Assembly: GCA_964016885.1 (NCBI GenBank)
Contig: OZ024740.1
Span: forward strand, 318,990,001-319,054,000
Length of the DNA: 64,000 bases
Direction: 5' to 3'
Source: Eledone cirrhosa
Lineage: Eukaryota
The notes under the pieces are model-generated. The model ran no database searches and had not been told where the DNA came from. It saw only the letters and a program-made list of their open reading frames with translations. Numbering within the stretch: the first letter of the stretch is position 1; every line of letters starts with the position of its first letter. Both the position numbers and the translations under genes were made by a program. Below, piece by piece: positions 31,000-46,580 of the stretch.

Positions 31000-33900
31000 C
31001 CTTACATTCTATCTGACATTCTAACGACTCTACCTATTCGCTGTATTTCTACTACAATACTCACAACAAATAATGAGGCATTGTCTCGTCTATTTCCACA
31101 ACTCACATTCTATCTGACATTCTAACGACTCTATCAATTCGAAGTCTTTCTACTACAATTTTAACGTCAAATAATCCAGGATCGTCTCGTCTATTTCCAC
31201 AACTTACATTCTATCTGACATTCTAACGACGCTACCAATTTGAAGTCTTTCTACTACAATACTAACAACAAATAATCTAGGATTGTCTCATCTATCTCCA
31301 CAACTTACATTTTCTCTGACGTTCTAACGACTCTACCAATTCGAAGTCTTTCTACTACAATACTCACAACAAATAATCCAGGATTGTCTCGTCTATTTCC
31401 ACAATTTACATTCTATCTCACATTCTAACGTGTCTACCAATTCGCTGAATTTCTACTACAATACTCTCAACAAATAAACCAGGATTGTCTCGTCTATTTC
31501 CACAACTTACATTCTATCTGACATACTAACGACTCTACGAATTCGAAGTCTTTCTAATACAATACTAACTGTAAACAATCCAGGATTGTCTCCTCTTTTT
31601 CCACAACTTACATTCTATCTGACATTCTAACGACTCTACCAATTCGCTGTATTTCTACTAAAATACTGACTTCAAATAATCCAGGATTGTATCGGCTATT
31701 TCCACAACTTACGTTCTATCTGACATTCTAACGACTCTACCAATTCGCTGTATTTCTACTACAATACTAACTTCAAATAATCCAGGATTGTATCGTCTAT
31801 TTCTACAACTTACATTCTATCTGACATACTAACGACTCTACCAATTCGAAGTCTTTCTACTACAATACTAACTTTAAACAATCCAGGATTGTCTCCTCTA
31901 TTTCCACAACTTACATTCTATGTAACATTGAAACGACTCTAGCAATTCGATGTCTTTGTACTACAATACTTACAAAAAATAATCCAGGATTGCATCGTCT
32001 ATTTCCACAACTTACTTTTAATCTGACATTCTAACGACTCTACCAATTCGAAGTCTTTCTACTACAATACTCACAACAAATATTCCAGGATTGTCTCGTC
32101 TATTTTCACAACTTACATTCTATGTGACATTCTAACGACTCTACCAATTCGATGTCTTTCTACTACAATACTCACAACAAATAATCCAGGATTGTATAGT
32201 CTATTTCTACAACTTACATTCTATCTGACATTCTAACGACTCTACCAATTCGAAGTCTTTCTGCTACAATACTCACAACAAATAATCCAGGATTGCCTCG
32301 TCTATTTCCACACCTTACATTCTATCTGACATTCTAACGACTCTACCTATTCGCTGTCTTTCTACTACAATACTAACAACAAATAATCTAGGATTGTCTC
32401 GTCTATTTCCACAACTTACATTCTATCTGATATTCGAACGACTCTACCAATTCGAAGTCTTTCTACTACAATACTAACAACAAATAATCTAGGATTGTCT
32501 CGTCTATTTCCACAACTTACATTCTATCTGACATTCTAACGACTCTACCAATTCGAAGTCTTTCTACTACAATACTAACGTCAAATAATCCAGGAGTGTC
32601 TCGTCTATTTCCACAACTTACATTCTATCTTACATTCTAACGTGTCTACCAATTCGCTGAATTTCTACTACAATACTCTCAACAAATAAACCAGGATTGT
32701 CTCGTCTATTTCCACAACTTACATTCTATCTCACATTCTAACGTGTCTACCAATTCGCTGAATTTCTACTACAATACTCTCAACAAATAAACCAGGATTG
32801 TCTCGTCTATTTCCACAACTTACATTCTATCTGACATACTAACGACTCTACCAATTCGAAGTCTTTCTACTACAATACTAACTGTAAACAATCCAGGATT
32901 GTCTCCTCTATTTCCACAACTTACATTCTATCTGACATTCTAACGACTCTACCAATTCGCTGTATTTCTACTAAAATACTGACTTCAAATAATCCAGGAT
33001 TGTATCGGCTATTTCCACAACTTACGTTCTATCTGACATTCTAACGACTCTACCAATTCGCTGTATTTCTACTACAATACTAACTTCAAATAATCCAGGA
33101 TTGTATCGTCTATTTCTACAACTTACATTCTAACTGACATTCTAACGACTCTACCAATTCGATGTCTTTCTACTACAATACTCACAACAAATAATCCAGG
33201 ATTGTCTCGTCTATTTCCACAACTTACATTCTGTCTGACATACTAACGACTCTACCAATTCGAAGTCTTTCTACTACAATACTAACTTTAAACAATCCAG
33301 GATTGTCTCCTCTATTTCCACAACTTACATTCTATGTAACATTGAAACGACTCTACCAATTCGATGTCTTTGTACTACAATACTCACAAAAGATAATCCA
33401 GGATTGTATCGTCTATTTCCACAACTTACTTTTAATCTGACATTCTAACGACTCTACCAATTCGAAGTCTTTCTACTACAATACTCACAACAAATATTCC
33501 AGGATTGTCTCGTCTATTTCCACAACTTACATTCTATCTGACGTTCTAACGACTCTACCAATTCGATGTCTTTCTACTACAATACTCACAACAAATAATC
33601 CAGGATTGTATAGTCTATTTCTACAACTTACATTCTATCTGACATTCTAACGACTCTACCAATTCGAAGTCTTTCTGCTACAATACTCACAACAAATAAT
33701 CCAGGATTGCCTCGTCTATTTCCACACCTTACATTCTATCTGACATTCTAACGACTCTACCTATTCGCTGTATTTCTACTACAATACTCACAACAAATAA
33801 TACAGCATTGTCTCGTCTATTTCCACAACTCACATTCTATCTGACATTCTAACGACTCTATCAATTCGAAGTCTTTCTACTACAATACTAACGTCAAATA

Positions 33901-36900
33901 ATCCAGGATCGTCTCGTCTATTTCCACAACTTACATTCTATCTGACATACTAACGACTCTACCATTTCGCTGTCTTTCTACTACAATACTAACAACAAAT
34001 AATCTAGGATTGTCTCGTCTATTTCAACAACTTACATTCTATCTGACATTCTAACGACTCTACCAATTCGCTGTCTTTCTACTACAATACTAACAACAAA
34101 TAATCTAGGATTGTCTCGTCTATTTCCACAACTCACATTCTATCTGATATTCGAACGACTCTACCAATTCGAAGTCTTTCTACTACAATACTAACAACAA
34201 ATAATCTAGGATTGTCTCGTCTATTTCCACAACTTACATTCTATCTGACATTCTAACGACTCTACCAATTCGAAGTCTTTCTACTACAATACTAACGTCA
34301 AATAATCCAGGAGTGTCTCGTCTATTTCCACAACTTACATTCTATCTGACATTCTAACGACTCTACCAATTCGCTGTATTTCTACTAAAATACTGACTTC
34401 AAATAATCCAGGATTGTATCGGCTATTTCCACAACTTACGTTCTATCTGACATTCTAACGACTCTACCATTTCGCTGTCTTTCTACTACAATACTAACAA
34501 CAAATAATCTAGGATTGTCTCGTCTATTTCCACAACTTACATTCTATCTGACATTCTAACGACTCTACCAATTCGCTGTCTTTCTACTACAATACTAACA
34601 ACAAATAATCTAGGATTGTCTCGTCTATTTCCACAACTTACATTCTATCTGATATTCGAACGACTCTACCAATTCGAAGTCTTTCTACTACAATACTAAC
34701 AACAAATAATCTAGGATTGTCTCGTCTATTTCCACAACTTACATTCTATCTGACATTCTAACGACTCTACCAATTCGAAGTCTTTCTACTACAATACTAA
34801 CGTCAAATAATCCAGGAGTGTCTCGTCTATTTCCACAACTTACATTCTATCTTACATTCTAACGTGTCTACCAATTCGCTGAATTTCTACTACAATACTC
34901 TCAACAAATAAACCAGGATTGTCTCGTCTATTTCCACAACTTACATTCTATCTCACATTCTAACGTGTCTACCAATTCGCTGAATTTCTACTACAATACT
35001 CTCAACAAATAAACCAGGATTGTCTCGTCTATTTCCACAACTTACATTCTATCTGACATACTAACGACTCTACCAATTCGAAGTCTTTCTACTACAATAC
35101 TAACTTTAAACAATCCAGGATTGTCTCCTCTATTTCCACAACTTACATTCTATCTGACATTCTAACGACTCTACCAATTCGCTGTATTTCTACTAAAATA
35201 CTGACTTCAAATAATCCAGGATTGTATCGGCTATTTCCACAACTTACGTTCTATCTGACATTCTAACGACTCTACCAATTCGCTGTCTTTCTACTACAAT
35301 ACTAACAACAAATAATCTAGGATTGTCTCGTCTATTTCCACAACTTACATTCTATCTGACATTCTAACGACTCTAACAATTCGAAGTCTTTCTACTACAA
35401 CACTCACAACAAATAATCCAGGATTGTCTCGTCTATCTCCAGACCTTACATTCTATCTGACATTCTAACGACTCTACCAGTTCGCTGTATTTCTACTACA
35501 ATACTAACTTCAAATAATCCAGGATTGTATCGTCTATTTCTACAACTTACATTCTAACTGACATTCTAACGACTCTACCAATTCGATGTCTTTCTACTAC
35601 AATACTCACAACAAATAATCCAGGATTGTCTCCTCTATTTCCACAACTTACATTCTGTCTCACATTCTAACGTGTCTACCAATTCGCTGAATTTCTACTA
35701 CAATACTCTCAACAAATAAACCAGGATTGTCTCGTCTATTTCCACAACTTACATTCTATCTGACATACTAACGACTCTACCAATTCGAAGTCTTTCTACT
35801 ACAATACTAACTTTAAACAATCCAGGATTGTCTCCTCTATTTCCACAACTTACATTCTATGTAACATTGAAACGACTCTACCAATTCGATGTCTTTGTAC
35901 TACAATACTCACAAAAGATAATCCAGGATTGTATCGTCTATTTCCACAACTCACATTCTATCTGACATTCTAACGACTCTACCAATTCGAAGTCTTTCTA
36001 CTACAATACTCACAACAAATATTCCAGGATTGTCTCGTCTATTTCCACAACTTACATTCTATCTGACGTTCTAACGACTCTACCAATTCGATGTCTTTCT
36101 ACTACAATACTCACAACAAATAATCCAGGATTGTATAGTCTATTTCTACACCTTACATTCTATCTGACATTCTAACGACTCTACCAATTCGAAGTCTTTC
36201 TTCTACAATACTCACAACAAATAATCCAGGATTGCCTCGTCTATTTCCACACCTTACATTCTATCTGACATTCTAACGACTCTACCTATTCGCTGTATTT
36301 CTACTACAATACTCACAACAAATAATACAGCATTGTCTCGTCTATTTCCACAACTCACATTCTATCTGACACTCTAACGACTCTATCAATTCGAAGTCTT
36401 TCTACTACAATACTAACGTCAAATAATCCAGGATCGTCTCGTCTATTTCCACAACTTACATTCTATCTGACATTCTAACGACTCTACCAATTCGAAGTCT
36501 TTCTACTACAATACTAACAACAAATAATCTAGGATTGTCTCATCTATCTCCACAACTTACATTTTCTCTGACGTTCTAACGACTCTACCAATTCGAAGTC
36601 TTTCTACTACAATACTCATAACAAATAATCCAGGATTGTCTCGTCTATTTCCACAACTTACATTCTAACTGACATTCTAACGACTCTACCAATTCGAAGT
36701 CTTTCTACTACAATACTAACAACAAATAATCTGGGATTGTCTCGTCTATTTCCAAAACTTACATTCTATCTGACATTCTAACGACTCTACCAATTCGAAG
36801 TTTTTCTACTACAATACTAACTTTAAACAATCCAGGATTGTCTCCTCTATTTCCACAACTTACATTCTATCTGACATTCTAACGACTCTAACAATTCGAA

Positions 36901-39900
36901 GTCTTTCTACTACAATACTAACAACAAATAATCTGGGATTGTCTCGTCTATTTCCACAACATACATTCTATCTGACATTCTAACGACTCTACCAATTCGC
37001 TGTCTTTCTACTACAATACTAACAACAAATAATCTAGGATTGTCTCGTCTATTTCCACAACTTACATTCTATCTGACATTCTAACGACTCTAACAATTCG
37101 AAGTCTTTCTACTACAATACTCACAACAAATAATCCAGGATTGTCTCATCTATTTCCACAACTTACATTCTATCTGACATTCTAACGACTCTACCAATTC
37201 GCTGTCTTTCTACTACAATACTAACAACAAATAATCTAGGATTGTCTCGTCTATTTCCACAACTTACATTCTATCTGACATTCTAACGACTCTAACAATT
37301 CGAAGTCTTTCTACTACAACACTCACAACAAATAATCCAGGATTGTCTCGTCTATCTCCAGACCTTACATTCTATCTGACATTCTAACGACTCTACCAGT
37401 TCGCTGTATTTCTACTACAATACTAACTTCAAATAATCGAGGATTGTATCGTCTATTTCTACAACTTACATTCTAACTGACATTCTAACGACTCTACCAA
37501 TTCGATGTCTTTCTACTACAATACTCACAACAAATAATCCAGGATTGTCTCGTCTATTTCCACAACTTACATTCTGTCTCACATTCTAACGTGTCTACCA
37601 ATTCGCTGAATTTCTACTACAATACTCTCAACAAATAAACCAGGATTGTCTCGTCTATTTCCACAACTTACATTCTATCTGACATACTAACGACTCTAGC
37701 AATTCGAAGTCTTTCTACTACAATACTAACTTTAAACAATCCGGGATTGTCTCCTCTATTTCCACAACTTACATTCTAACTGACATTCTAACGACTCTAC
37801 CAATTCGATGTCTTTCTACTACAATACTCACAACAAATATTCCAGGATTGTCTCGTCTATTTCCACAACTTACATTCTATCTGACATTCTAACGACTCTA
37901 CCAATTCGATGTCTTTCTACTACAATACTCACAACAAATAATCCAGGATTGTATAGTCTATTTCTACAACTTACATTCTATCTGACATTCTAACGACTCT
38001 ACCAATTCGAAGTCTTTCTGCTACAATACTCACAACAAATAATCCAGGATTGCCTCGTCTATTTCCACACCTTACATTCTATCTGACATTCTAACGACTC
38101 TACCTATTCGCTGTATTTCTACTACAATACTCACAACAAATAATACAGCATTGTCTCGTCTATTTCCACAACTCACATTCTATCTGACATTCTAACGACT
38201 CTATCAATTCGAAGTCTTTCTACTACAATACTAACGTCAAATAATCCAGGATCGTCTCGTCTATTTCCACAACTTACATTCTATCTGACATTCTAACGAC
38301 TCTACCAATTCGAAGTCTTTCTACTACAATACTAACAACAAATCATCTAGGATTGTCTCATCTATCTCCACAACTTACATTTTCTCTGACGTTCTAACGA
38401 CTCTACCAATTCGAAGTCTTTCTACTACAATACTCACAACAAATATTCCAGTATTGTCTCGTCTATTTCCACAACTTACATTCTATCTGACATACTAACG
38501 ACTCTACCCATTCGCTGTATTTCTACTACAATACTAACTTCAAATAATCCAGGATTGTCTCCTCTATTTCCACAACTTACATTCTATCTCACATTCTAAC
38601 GAGTCTACCAATTCGCTGTATTTCTACTACATTACTCACAACAAATAAACCAGGATTGTCTCGTCTATTTCCACAACTTACATTCTATCTGACATACTAA
38701 CGACTCTACCAATTCGCTGTCTTTCTACTACAATACTAACTTTAAACAATCCAGGATTGTCTCCTCTATTTCCACAACTTACATTCTATCTGACATTCTA
38801 ACGACTCTACCAATTCGCTGTATTTCTACTACAATACTGACTTCAAATAATCCAGGATTGTATCGGCTATTTCCACAACTTACATTCTATCTGACATTCT
38901 AACGACTCTACCAATTCGCTGTCTTTCTACTACAATACTAACAACAAATAATCTAGGATTGTCTCGTCTGTTTCCACAAATTACATTCTATCTGACATTC
39001 TAACGACTCTACTAATTCGAAGTCTTTCTACTACAATACTCACAACAAATAATCCAGGATTGTATAGTCTATTTCTACAACTTACATTCTATCTGACATT
39101 CTAACGACTCTACCAATTCGAAGTCTTTCTGCTACAATACTCACAACAAATAATCCAGGATTGCCTCGTCTATTTCCACACCTTACATTCTATCTGACAT
39201 TCTAACGACTCTACCTATTCGCTGTATTTCTACTACAATACTCACAACAAATAATACAGCATTGTCTCGTCTATTTCCACAACTCACATTCTATCTGACA
39301 TTCTAACGACTCTATCAATTCGAAGTCTTTCTACTACAATACTAACGTCAAATAATCCAGGATCGTCTCGTCTATTTCCACAACTTACATTCTATCTGAC
39401 ATACTAACGACTCTACCAATTCGAAGTCTTTCTACTACAATACTAACTTTAAACAATCCAGGATTGTCTCCTCTATTTCCACAACTTACATTCTATCTGA
39501 CATTCTAACGACTCTACCAATTCGCTGTATTTCTACTAAAATACTGACTTCAAATAATCCAGGATTGTATCGGCTATTTCCACAACTTACGTTCTATCTG
39601 ACATTCTAACGACTCTACCATTTCGCTGTCTTTCTACTACAATACTAACAACAAATAATCTAGGATTGTCTCGTCTATTTCCACAACTTACATTATATCT
39701 GATATTCGAACGACTCTACCAATTCGAAGTCTTTCTACTACAATACTAACAACAAATAATCTAGGATTGTCTCGTCTATTTCCACAACTTACATTCTATC
39801 TGACATTCTAACGACTCTACCAATTCGAAGTCTTTCTACTACCATACTAACGTCAAATAATCCAGGAGTGTCTCGTCTATTTCCACAACTTACATTCTAT

Positions 39901-42900
39901 CTTACATTCTAACGTGTCTACCAATTCGCTGAATTTCTACTACAATACTCTCAACAAATAAACCAGGATTGTCTCGTCTATTTCCACAACTTACATTCTA
40001 TCTCACATTCTAACGTGTCTACCAATTCGCTGAATTTCTACTACAATACTCTCAACAAATAAACCAGGATTGTCTCGTCTATTTCCACAACTTACATTCT
40101 ATCTGACATACTAACGACTCTACCAATTCGAAGTATTTCTACTACAATACTAACTTTAAACAATCCAGGATTGTCTCCTCTATTTCCACAACTTACATTC
40201 TATCTGACATTCTAACGACTCTACCAATTCGCTGTATTTCTACTAAAATACTGACTTCAAATAATCCAGGATTGTATCGGCTATTTCCACAACTTACGTT
40301 CTATCTGACATTCTAACGACTCTACCAATTCGCTGTCTTTCTACTACAATACTAACAACAAATAATCTAGGATTGTCTCGTCTATTTCCACAACTTACAT
40401 TCTATCTGACATTCTAACGACTCTAACAATTCGAAGTCTTTCTACTACAACACTCACAACAAATAATCCAGGATTGTCTCGTCTATCTCCAGACCTTACA
40501 TTCTATCTGACATTCTAACGACTCTACCAGTTCGCTGTATTTCTACTACAATACTAACTTCAAATAATCCAGGATTGTATCGTCTATTTCTACAACTTAC
40601 ATTCTAACTGACATTCTAACGACTCTACCAATTCGATGTCTTTCTACTACAATACTCACAACAAATAATCCAGGATTGTCTCGTCTATTTCCACAACTTA
40701 CATTCTGTCTCACATTCTAACGTGTCTACCAATTCGCTGAATTTCTACTACAATACTCTCAACAAATAAACCAGGATTGTCTCGTCTATTTCCACAACTT
40801 ACATTCTATCTGACATACTAACGACTCTACCAATTCGAAGTCTTTCTACTACAATACTAACTTTAAACAATCCAGGATTGGCTCCTCTATTTCCACAACT
40901 TACATTCTATGTAACATTGAAACGACTCTACCAATTCGATGTCTTTGTACTACAATACTCACAAAAGATAATCCAGGATTGTATCGTCTATTTCCACAAC
41001 TCACATTCTATCTGACATTCTAACGACTCTACCAATTCGAAGTCTTTCTACTACAATACTCACAACAAATATTCCAGGATTGTCTCGTCTATTTCCACAA
41101 CTTACATTCTATCTGACGTTCTAACGACTCTACCAATTCGATGTCTTTCTACTACAATACTCACAACAAATAATCCAGGATTGTATAGTCTATTTCTACA
41201 CCTTACATTCTATCTGACATTCTAACGACTCTACCAATTCGAAGTCTTTCTTCTACAATACTCACAACAAATAATCCAGGATTGCCTCGTCTATTTCCAC
41301 ACCTTACATTCTATCTGACATTCTAACGACTCTACCTATTCGCTGTATTTCTACTACAATACTCACAACAAATAATACAGCATTGTCTCGTCTATTTCCA
41401 CAACTCACATTCTATCTGACACTCTAACGACTCTATCAATTCGAAGTCTTTCTACTACAATACTAACGTCAAATAATCCAGGATCGTCTCGTCTATTTCC
41501 ACAACTTACATTCTATCTGACATTCTAACGACTCTACCAATTCGAAGTCTTTCTACTACAATACTAACAACAAATAATCTAGGATTGTCTCATCTATCTC
41601 CACAACTTACATTTTCTCTGACGTTCTAACGACTCTACCAATTCGAAGTCTTTCTACTACAATACTCATAACAAATAATCCAGGATTGTCTCGTCTATTT
41701 CCACAACTTACATTCTAACTGACATTCTAACGACTCTACCAATTCGAAGTCTTTCTACTACAATACTAACAACAAAAAATCTGGGATTGTCTCGTCTATT
41801 TCCACAACTTACATTCTATCTGACATTCTAACGACTCTACCAATTCGCTGTCTTTCTACTACAATACTAACAACAAATAATCTAGGATTGTCTCGTCTAT
41901 TTCCACACCTTACATTCTATCTGACATTCTAACGACTCTACCTATTCGCTGTATTTCTACTACAATACTCACAACAAATAATACAGCATTGTCTCGTCTA
42001 TTTCCACAACTCACATTCTATCTGACATTCTAACGACTCTATCAATTCGAAGTCTTTCTACTACAATACTAACGTCAAATAATCCAGGATCGTCTCGTCT
42101 ATTTCCACAACTTACATTCTATCTGACATACTAACGACTCTACCAATTCGAAGTCTTTCTACTACAATACTAACTTTAAACAATCCAGGATTGTCTCCTC
42201 TATTTCCACAACTTACATTCTATCTGACATTCTAACGACTCTACCAATTCGCTGTATTTCTACTAAAATACTGACTTCAAATAATCCAGGATTGTATCGG
42301 CTATTTCCACAACTTACGTTCTATCTGACATTCTAACGACTCTACCATTTCGCTGTCTTTCTACTACAATACTAACAACAAATAATCTAGGATTGTCTCG
42401 TCTATTTCCACAACTTACATTATATCTGATATTCGAACGACTCTACCAATTCGAAGTCTTTCTACTACAATACTAACAACAAATAATCTAGGATTGTCTC
42501 GTCTATTTCCACAACTTACATTCTATCTGACATTCTAACGACTCTACCAATTCGAAGTCTTTCTACTACCATACTAACGTCAAATAATCCAGGAGTGTCT
42601 CGTCTATTTCCACAACTTACATTCTATCTTACATTCTAACGTGTCTACCAATTCGCTGAATTTCTACTACAATACTCTCAACAAATAAACCAGGATTGTC
42701 TCGTCTATTTCCACAACTTACATTCTATCTCACATTCTAACGTGTCTACCAATTCGCTGAATTTCTACTACAATACTCTCAACAAATAAACCAGGATTGT
42801 CTCGTCTATTTCCACAACTTACATTCTATCTGACATACTAACGACTCTACCAATTCGAAGTATTTCTACTACAATACTAACTTTAAACAATCCAGGATTG

Positions 42901-45900
42901 TCTCCTCTATTTCCACAACTTACATTCTATCTGACATTCTAACGACTCTACCAATTCGCTGTATTTCTACTAAAATACTGACTTCAAATAATCCAGGATT
43001 GTATCGGCTATTTCCACAACTTACGTTCTATCTGACATTCTAACGACTCTACCAATTCGCTGTCTTTCTACTACAATACTAACAACAAATAATCTAGGAT
43101 TGTCTCGTCTATTTCCACAACTTACATTCTATCTGACATTCTAACGACTCTAACAATTCGAAGTCTTTCTACTACAACACTCACAACAAATAATCCAGGA
43201 TTGTCTCGTCTATCTCCAGACCTTACATTCTATCTGACATTCTAACGACTCTACCAGTTCGCTGTATTTCTACTACAATACTAACTTCAAATAATCCAGG
43301 ATTGTATCGTCTATTTCTACAACTTACATTCTAACTGACATTCTAACGACTCTACCAATTCGATGTCTTTCTACTACAATACTCACAACAAATAATCCAG
43401 GATTGTCTCGTCTATTTCCACAACTTACATTCTGTCTCACATTCTAACGTGTCTACCAATTCGCTGAATTTCTACTACAATACTCTCAACAAATAAACCA
43501 GGATTGTCTCGTCTATTTCCACAACTTACATTCTATCTGACATACTAACGACTCTACCAATTCGAAGTCTTTCTACTACAATACTAACTTTAAACAATCC
43601 AGGATTGTCTCCTCTATTTCCACAACTTACATTCTATGTAACATTGAAACGACTCTACCAATTCGATGTCTTTGTACTACAATACTCACAAAAGATAATC
43701 CAGGATTGTATCGTCTATTTCCACAACTCACATTCTATCTGACATTCTAACGACTCTACCAATTCGAAGTCTTTCTACTACAATACTCACAACAAATATT
43801 CCAGGATTGTCTCGTCTATTTCCACAACTTACATTCTATCTGACGTTCTAACGACTCTACCAATTCGATGTCTTTCTACTACAATACTCACAACAAATAA
43901 TCCAGGATTGTATAGTCTATTTCTACACCTTACATTCTATCTGACATTCTAACGACTCTACCAATTCGAAGTCTTTCTTCTACAATACTCACAACAAATA
44001 ATCCAGGATTGCCTCGTCTATTTCCACACCTTACATTCTATCTGACATTCTAACGACTCTACCTATTCGCTGTATTTCTACTACAATACTCACAACAAAT
44101 AATACAGCATTGTCTCGTCTATTTCCACAACTCACATTCTATCTGACACTCTAACGACTCTATCAATTCGAAGTCTTTCTACTACAATACTAACGTCAAA
44201 TAATCCAGGATCGTCTCGTCTATTTCCACAACTTACATTCTATCTGACATTCTAACGACTCTACCAATTCGAAGTCTTTCTACTACAATACTAACAACAA
44301 ATAATCTAGGATTGTCTCATCTATCTCCACAACTTACATTTTCTCTGACGTTCTAACGACTCTACCAATTCGAAGTCTTTCTACTACAATACTCATAACA
44401 AATAATCCAGGATTGTCTCGTCTATTTCCACAACTTACATTCTAACTGACATTCTAACGACTCTACCAATTCGAAGTCTTTCTACTACAATACTAACAAC
44501 AAATAATCTGGGATTGTCTCGTCTATTTCCACAACTTACATTCTATCTGACATTCTAACGACTCTACCAATTCGCTGTCTTTCTACTACAATACTAACAA
44601 CAAATAATCTAGGATTGTCTCGTCTATTTCCACAACTTACATTCTATCTGACATTCTAACGACTCTAACAATTCGAAGTCTTTCTACTACAATACTCACA
44701 ACAAATAATCCAGGATTGTCTCATCTATTTCCACAACTTACATTCTATCTGACATTCTAACGACTCTACCAATTCGCTGTCTTTCTACTACAATACTAAC
44801 AACAAATAATCTAGGATTGTCTCGTCTATTTCCACAACTTACATTCTATCTGACATTCTAACGACTCTAACAATTCGAAGTCTTTCTACTACAACACTCA
44901 CAACAAATAATCCAGGATTGTCTCGTCTATCTCCAGACCTTACATTCTATCTGACATTCTAACGACTCTACCAGTTCGCTGTATTTCTACTACAATACTA
45001 ACTTCAAATAATCCAGGATTGTATCGTCTATTTCTACAACTTACATTCTAACTGACATTCTAACGACTCTACCAATTCGATGTCTTTCTACTACAATACT
45101 CACAACAAATAATCCAGGATTGTCTCGTCTATTTCCACAACTTACATTCTGTCTCACATTCTAACGTGTCTACCAATTCGCTGAATTTCTACTACAATAC
45201 TCTCAACAAATAAACCAGGATTGTCTCGTCTATTTCCACAACTTACATTCTATCTGACATACTAACGACTCTACCAATTCGAAGTCTTTCTACTACAATA
45301 CTAACTTTAAACAATCCGGGATTGTCTCCTCTATTTCCACAACTTACATTCTAACTGACATTCTAACGACTCTACCAATTCGATGTATTTCTACTACAAT
45401 ACTCACAACAAATATTCCAGGATTGTCTCGTCTATTTCCACAACTTACATTCTATCTGACATTCTAACGACTCTACCAATTCGATGTCTTTCTACTACAA
45501 TACTCACAACAAATAATCCAGGATTGTATAGTCTATTTCTACAACTTACATTCTATCTGACATTCTAACGACTCTACCAATTCGAAGTCTTTCTGCTACA
45601 ATACTCACAACAAATAATCCAGGATTGCCTCGTCTATTTCCACACCTTACATTCTATCTGACATTCTAACGACTCTACCTATTCGCTGTATTTCTACTAC
45701 AATACTCACAACAAATAATACAGCATTGTCTCGTCTATTTCCACAACTCACATTCTATCTGACATTCTAACGACTCTATCAATTCGAAGTCTTTCTACTA
45801 CAATAATACTAACGTCAAATAATCCAGGATCGTCTCGTCTATTTCCACAACTTACATTCTATCTGACATTCTAACGACTCTACCAATTCGAAGTCTTTCT

Positions 45901-46500
45901 ACTACAATACTAACAACAAATCATCTAGGATTGTCTCATCTATCTCCACAACTTACATTTTCTCTGACGTTCTAACGACTCTACCAATTCGAAGTCTTTC
46001 TACTACAATACTCACAACAAATATTCCAGGATTGTCTCGTCTATTTCCACAACTTACATTCTATCTGACATACTAACGACTCTACCCATTCGCTGTATTT
46101 CTACTACAATACTAACTTCAAATAATCCAGGATTGTCTCCTCTATTTCCACAACTTACATTCTATCTCACATTCTAACGAGTCTACCAATTCGCTGTATT
46201 TCTACTACATTACTCACAACAAATAAACCAGGATTGTCTCGTCTATTTCCACAACTTACATTCTATCTGACATACTAACGACTCTACCAATTCGAAGTCT
46301 TTCTACTACAATACTAACTTTAAACAATCCAGGATTGTCTCCTCTATTTCCACAACTTACATTCTATCTGACATTCTAACGACTCTACCAATTCGCTGTA
46401 TTTCTACTACAATACTGACTTCAAATAATCCAGGATTGTATCGGCTATTTCCACAACTTACATTCTATCTGACATTCTAACGACTCTACCAATTCGCTGT
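31000..46500 (+). repeat. Variant domain B of the satellite
   Basis: Characteristic variants: TAAAATACTGAC, AATACAGCA, AAAGATAAT, GGATTGCCTC, and most AATATTCCAG copies. The CCACGACTG monomer, common in A and C, was not seen here. Confidence 0.75.
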
Positions 46501-46580
46501 CTTTCTACTACAATACTAACAACAAATAATCTAGGATTGTCTCGTCTGTTTCCACAAATTACATTCTATCTGACATTCTA
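36960..46580 (+). repeat. Dispersed ~2-kb duplication with a 75-monomer offset: ~36960-39000 and ~44535-46580
   Basis: CCGGG 37741/45316 (+7575) and the twin 61-aa ORFs 37808/45383 (+7575). After the 3-bp insertion the offset becomes +7578 (AATCATCTAG 38341/45919). Confidence 0.88.
39170..44630 (+). repeat. Tandem 27-monomer duplication (2727 bp)
   Basis: CATTATATCTGATATTCGA 39691/42418, TTCTAC variant 41251/43978, CTGGG 41781/44508. Confidence 0.9.

Larger units (their letters stand above)
1..31000 (+). repeat. Variant domain A of the satellite
   Basis: Diagnostic variants seen only here: TTGGAACTC (2561, 5792, 8115, 11346, 14780, 19627, 23263, 24475), ATCCCGG, ATCCTGG, CCTTCCATC, CTAGCTGAC, CTGATTTT, TCAAAACAAAC. 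Confidence 0.8.

Noticed and set aside
37808-37993. 61-aa + strand ORF
   Set aside because: It lies wholly inside satellite monomers. The ATG comes from the GATGTC variant and the read-through from TAAT>TATT. Because 101 is not a multiple of 3, no repeat protein can be encoded in frame.
45383-45568. Second, nearly identical 61-aa ORF
   Set aside because: It is the +7575 block-duplication copy of the first, so the similarity does not indicate coding conservation.
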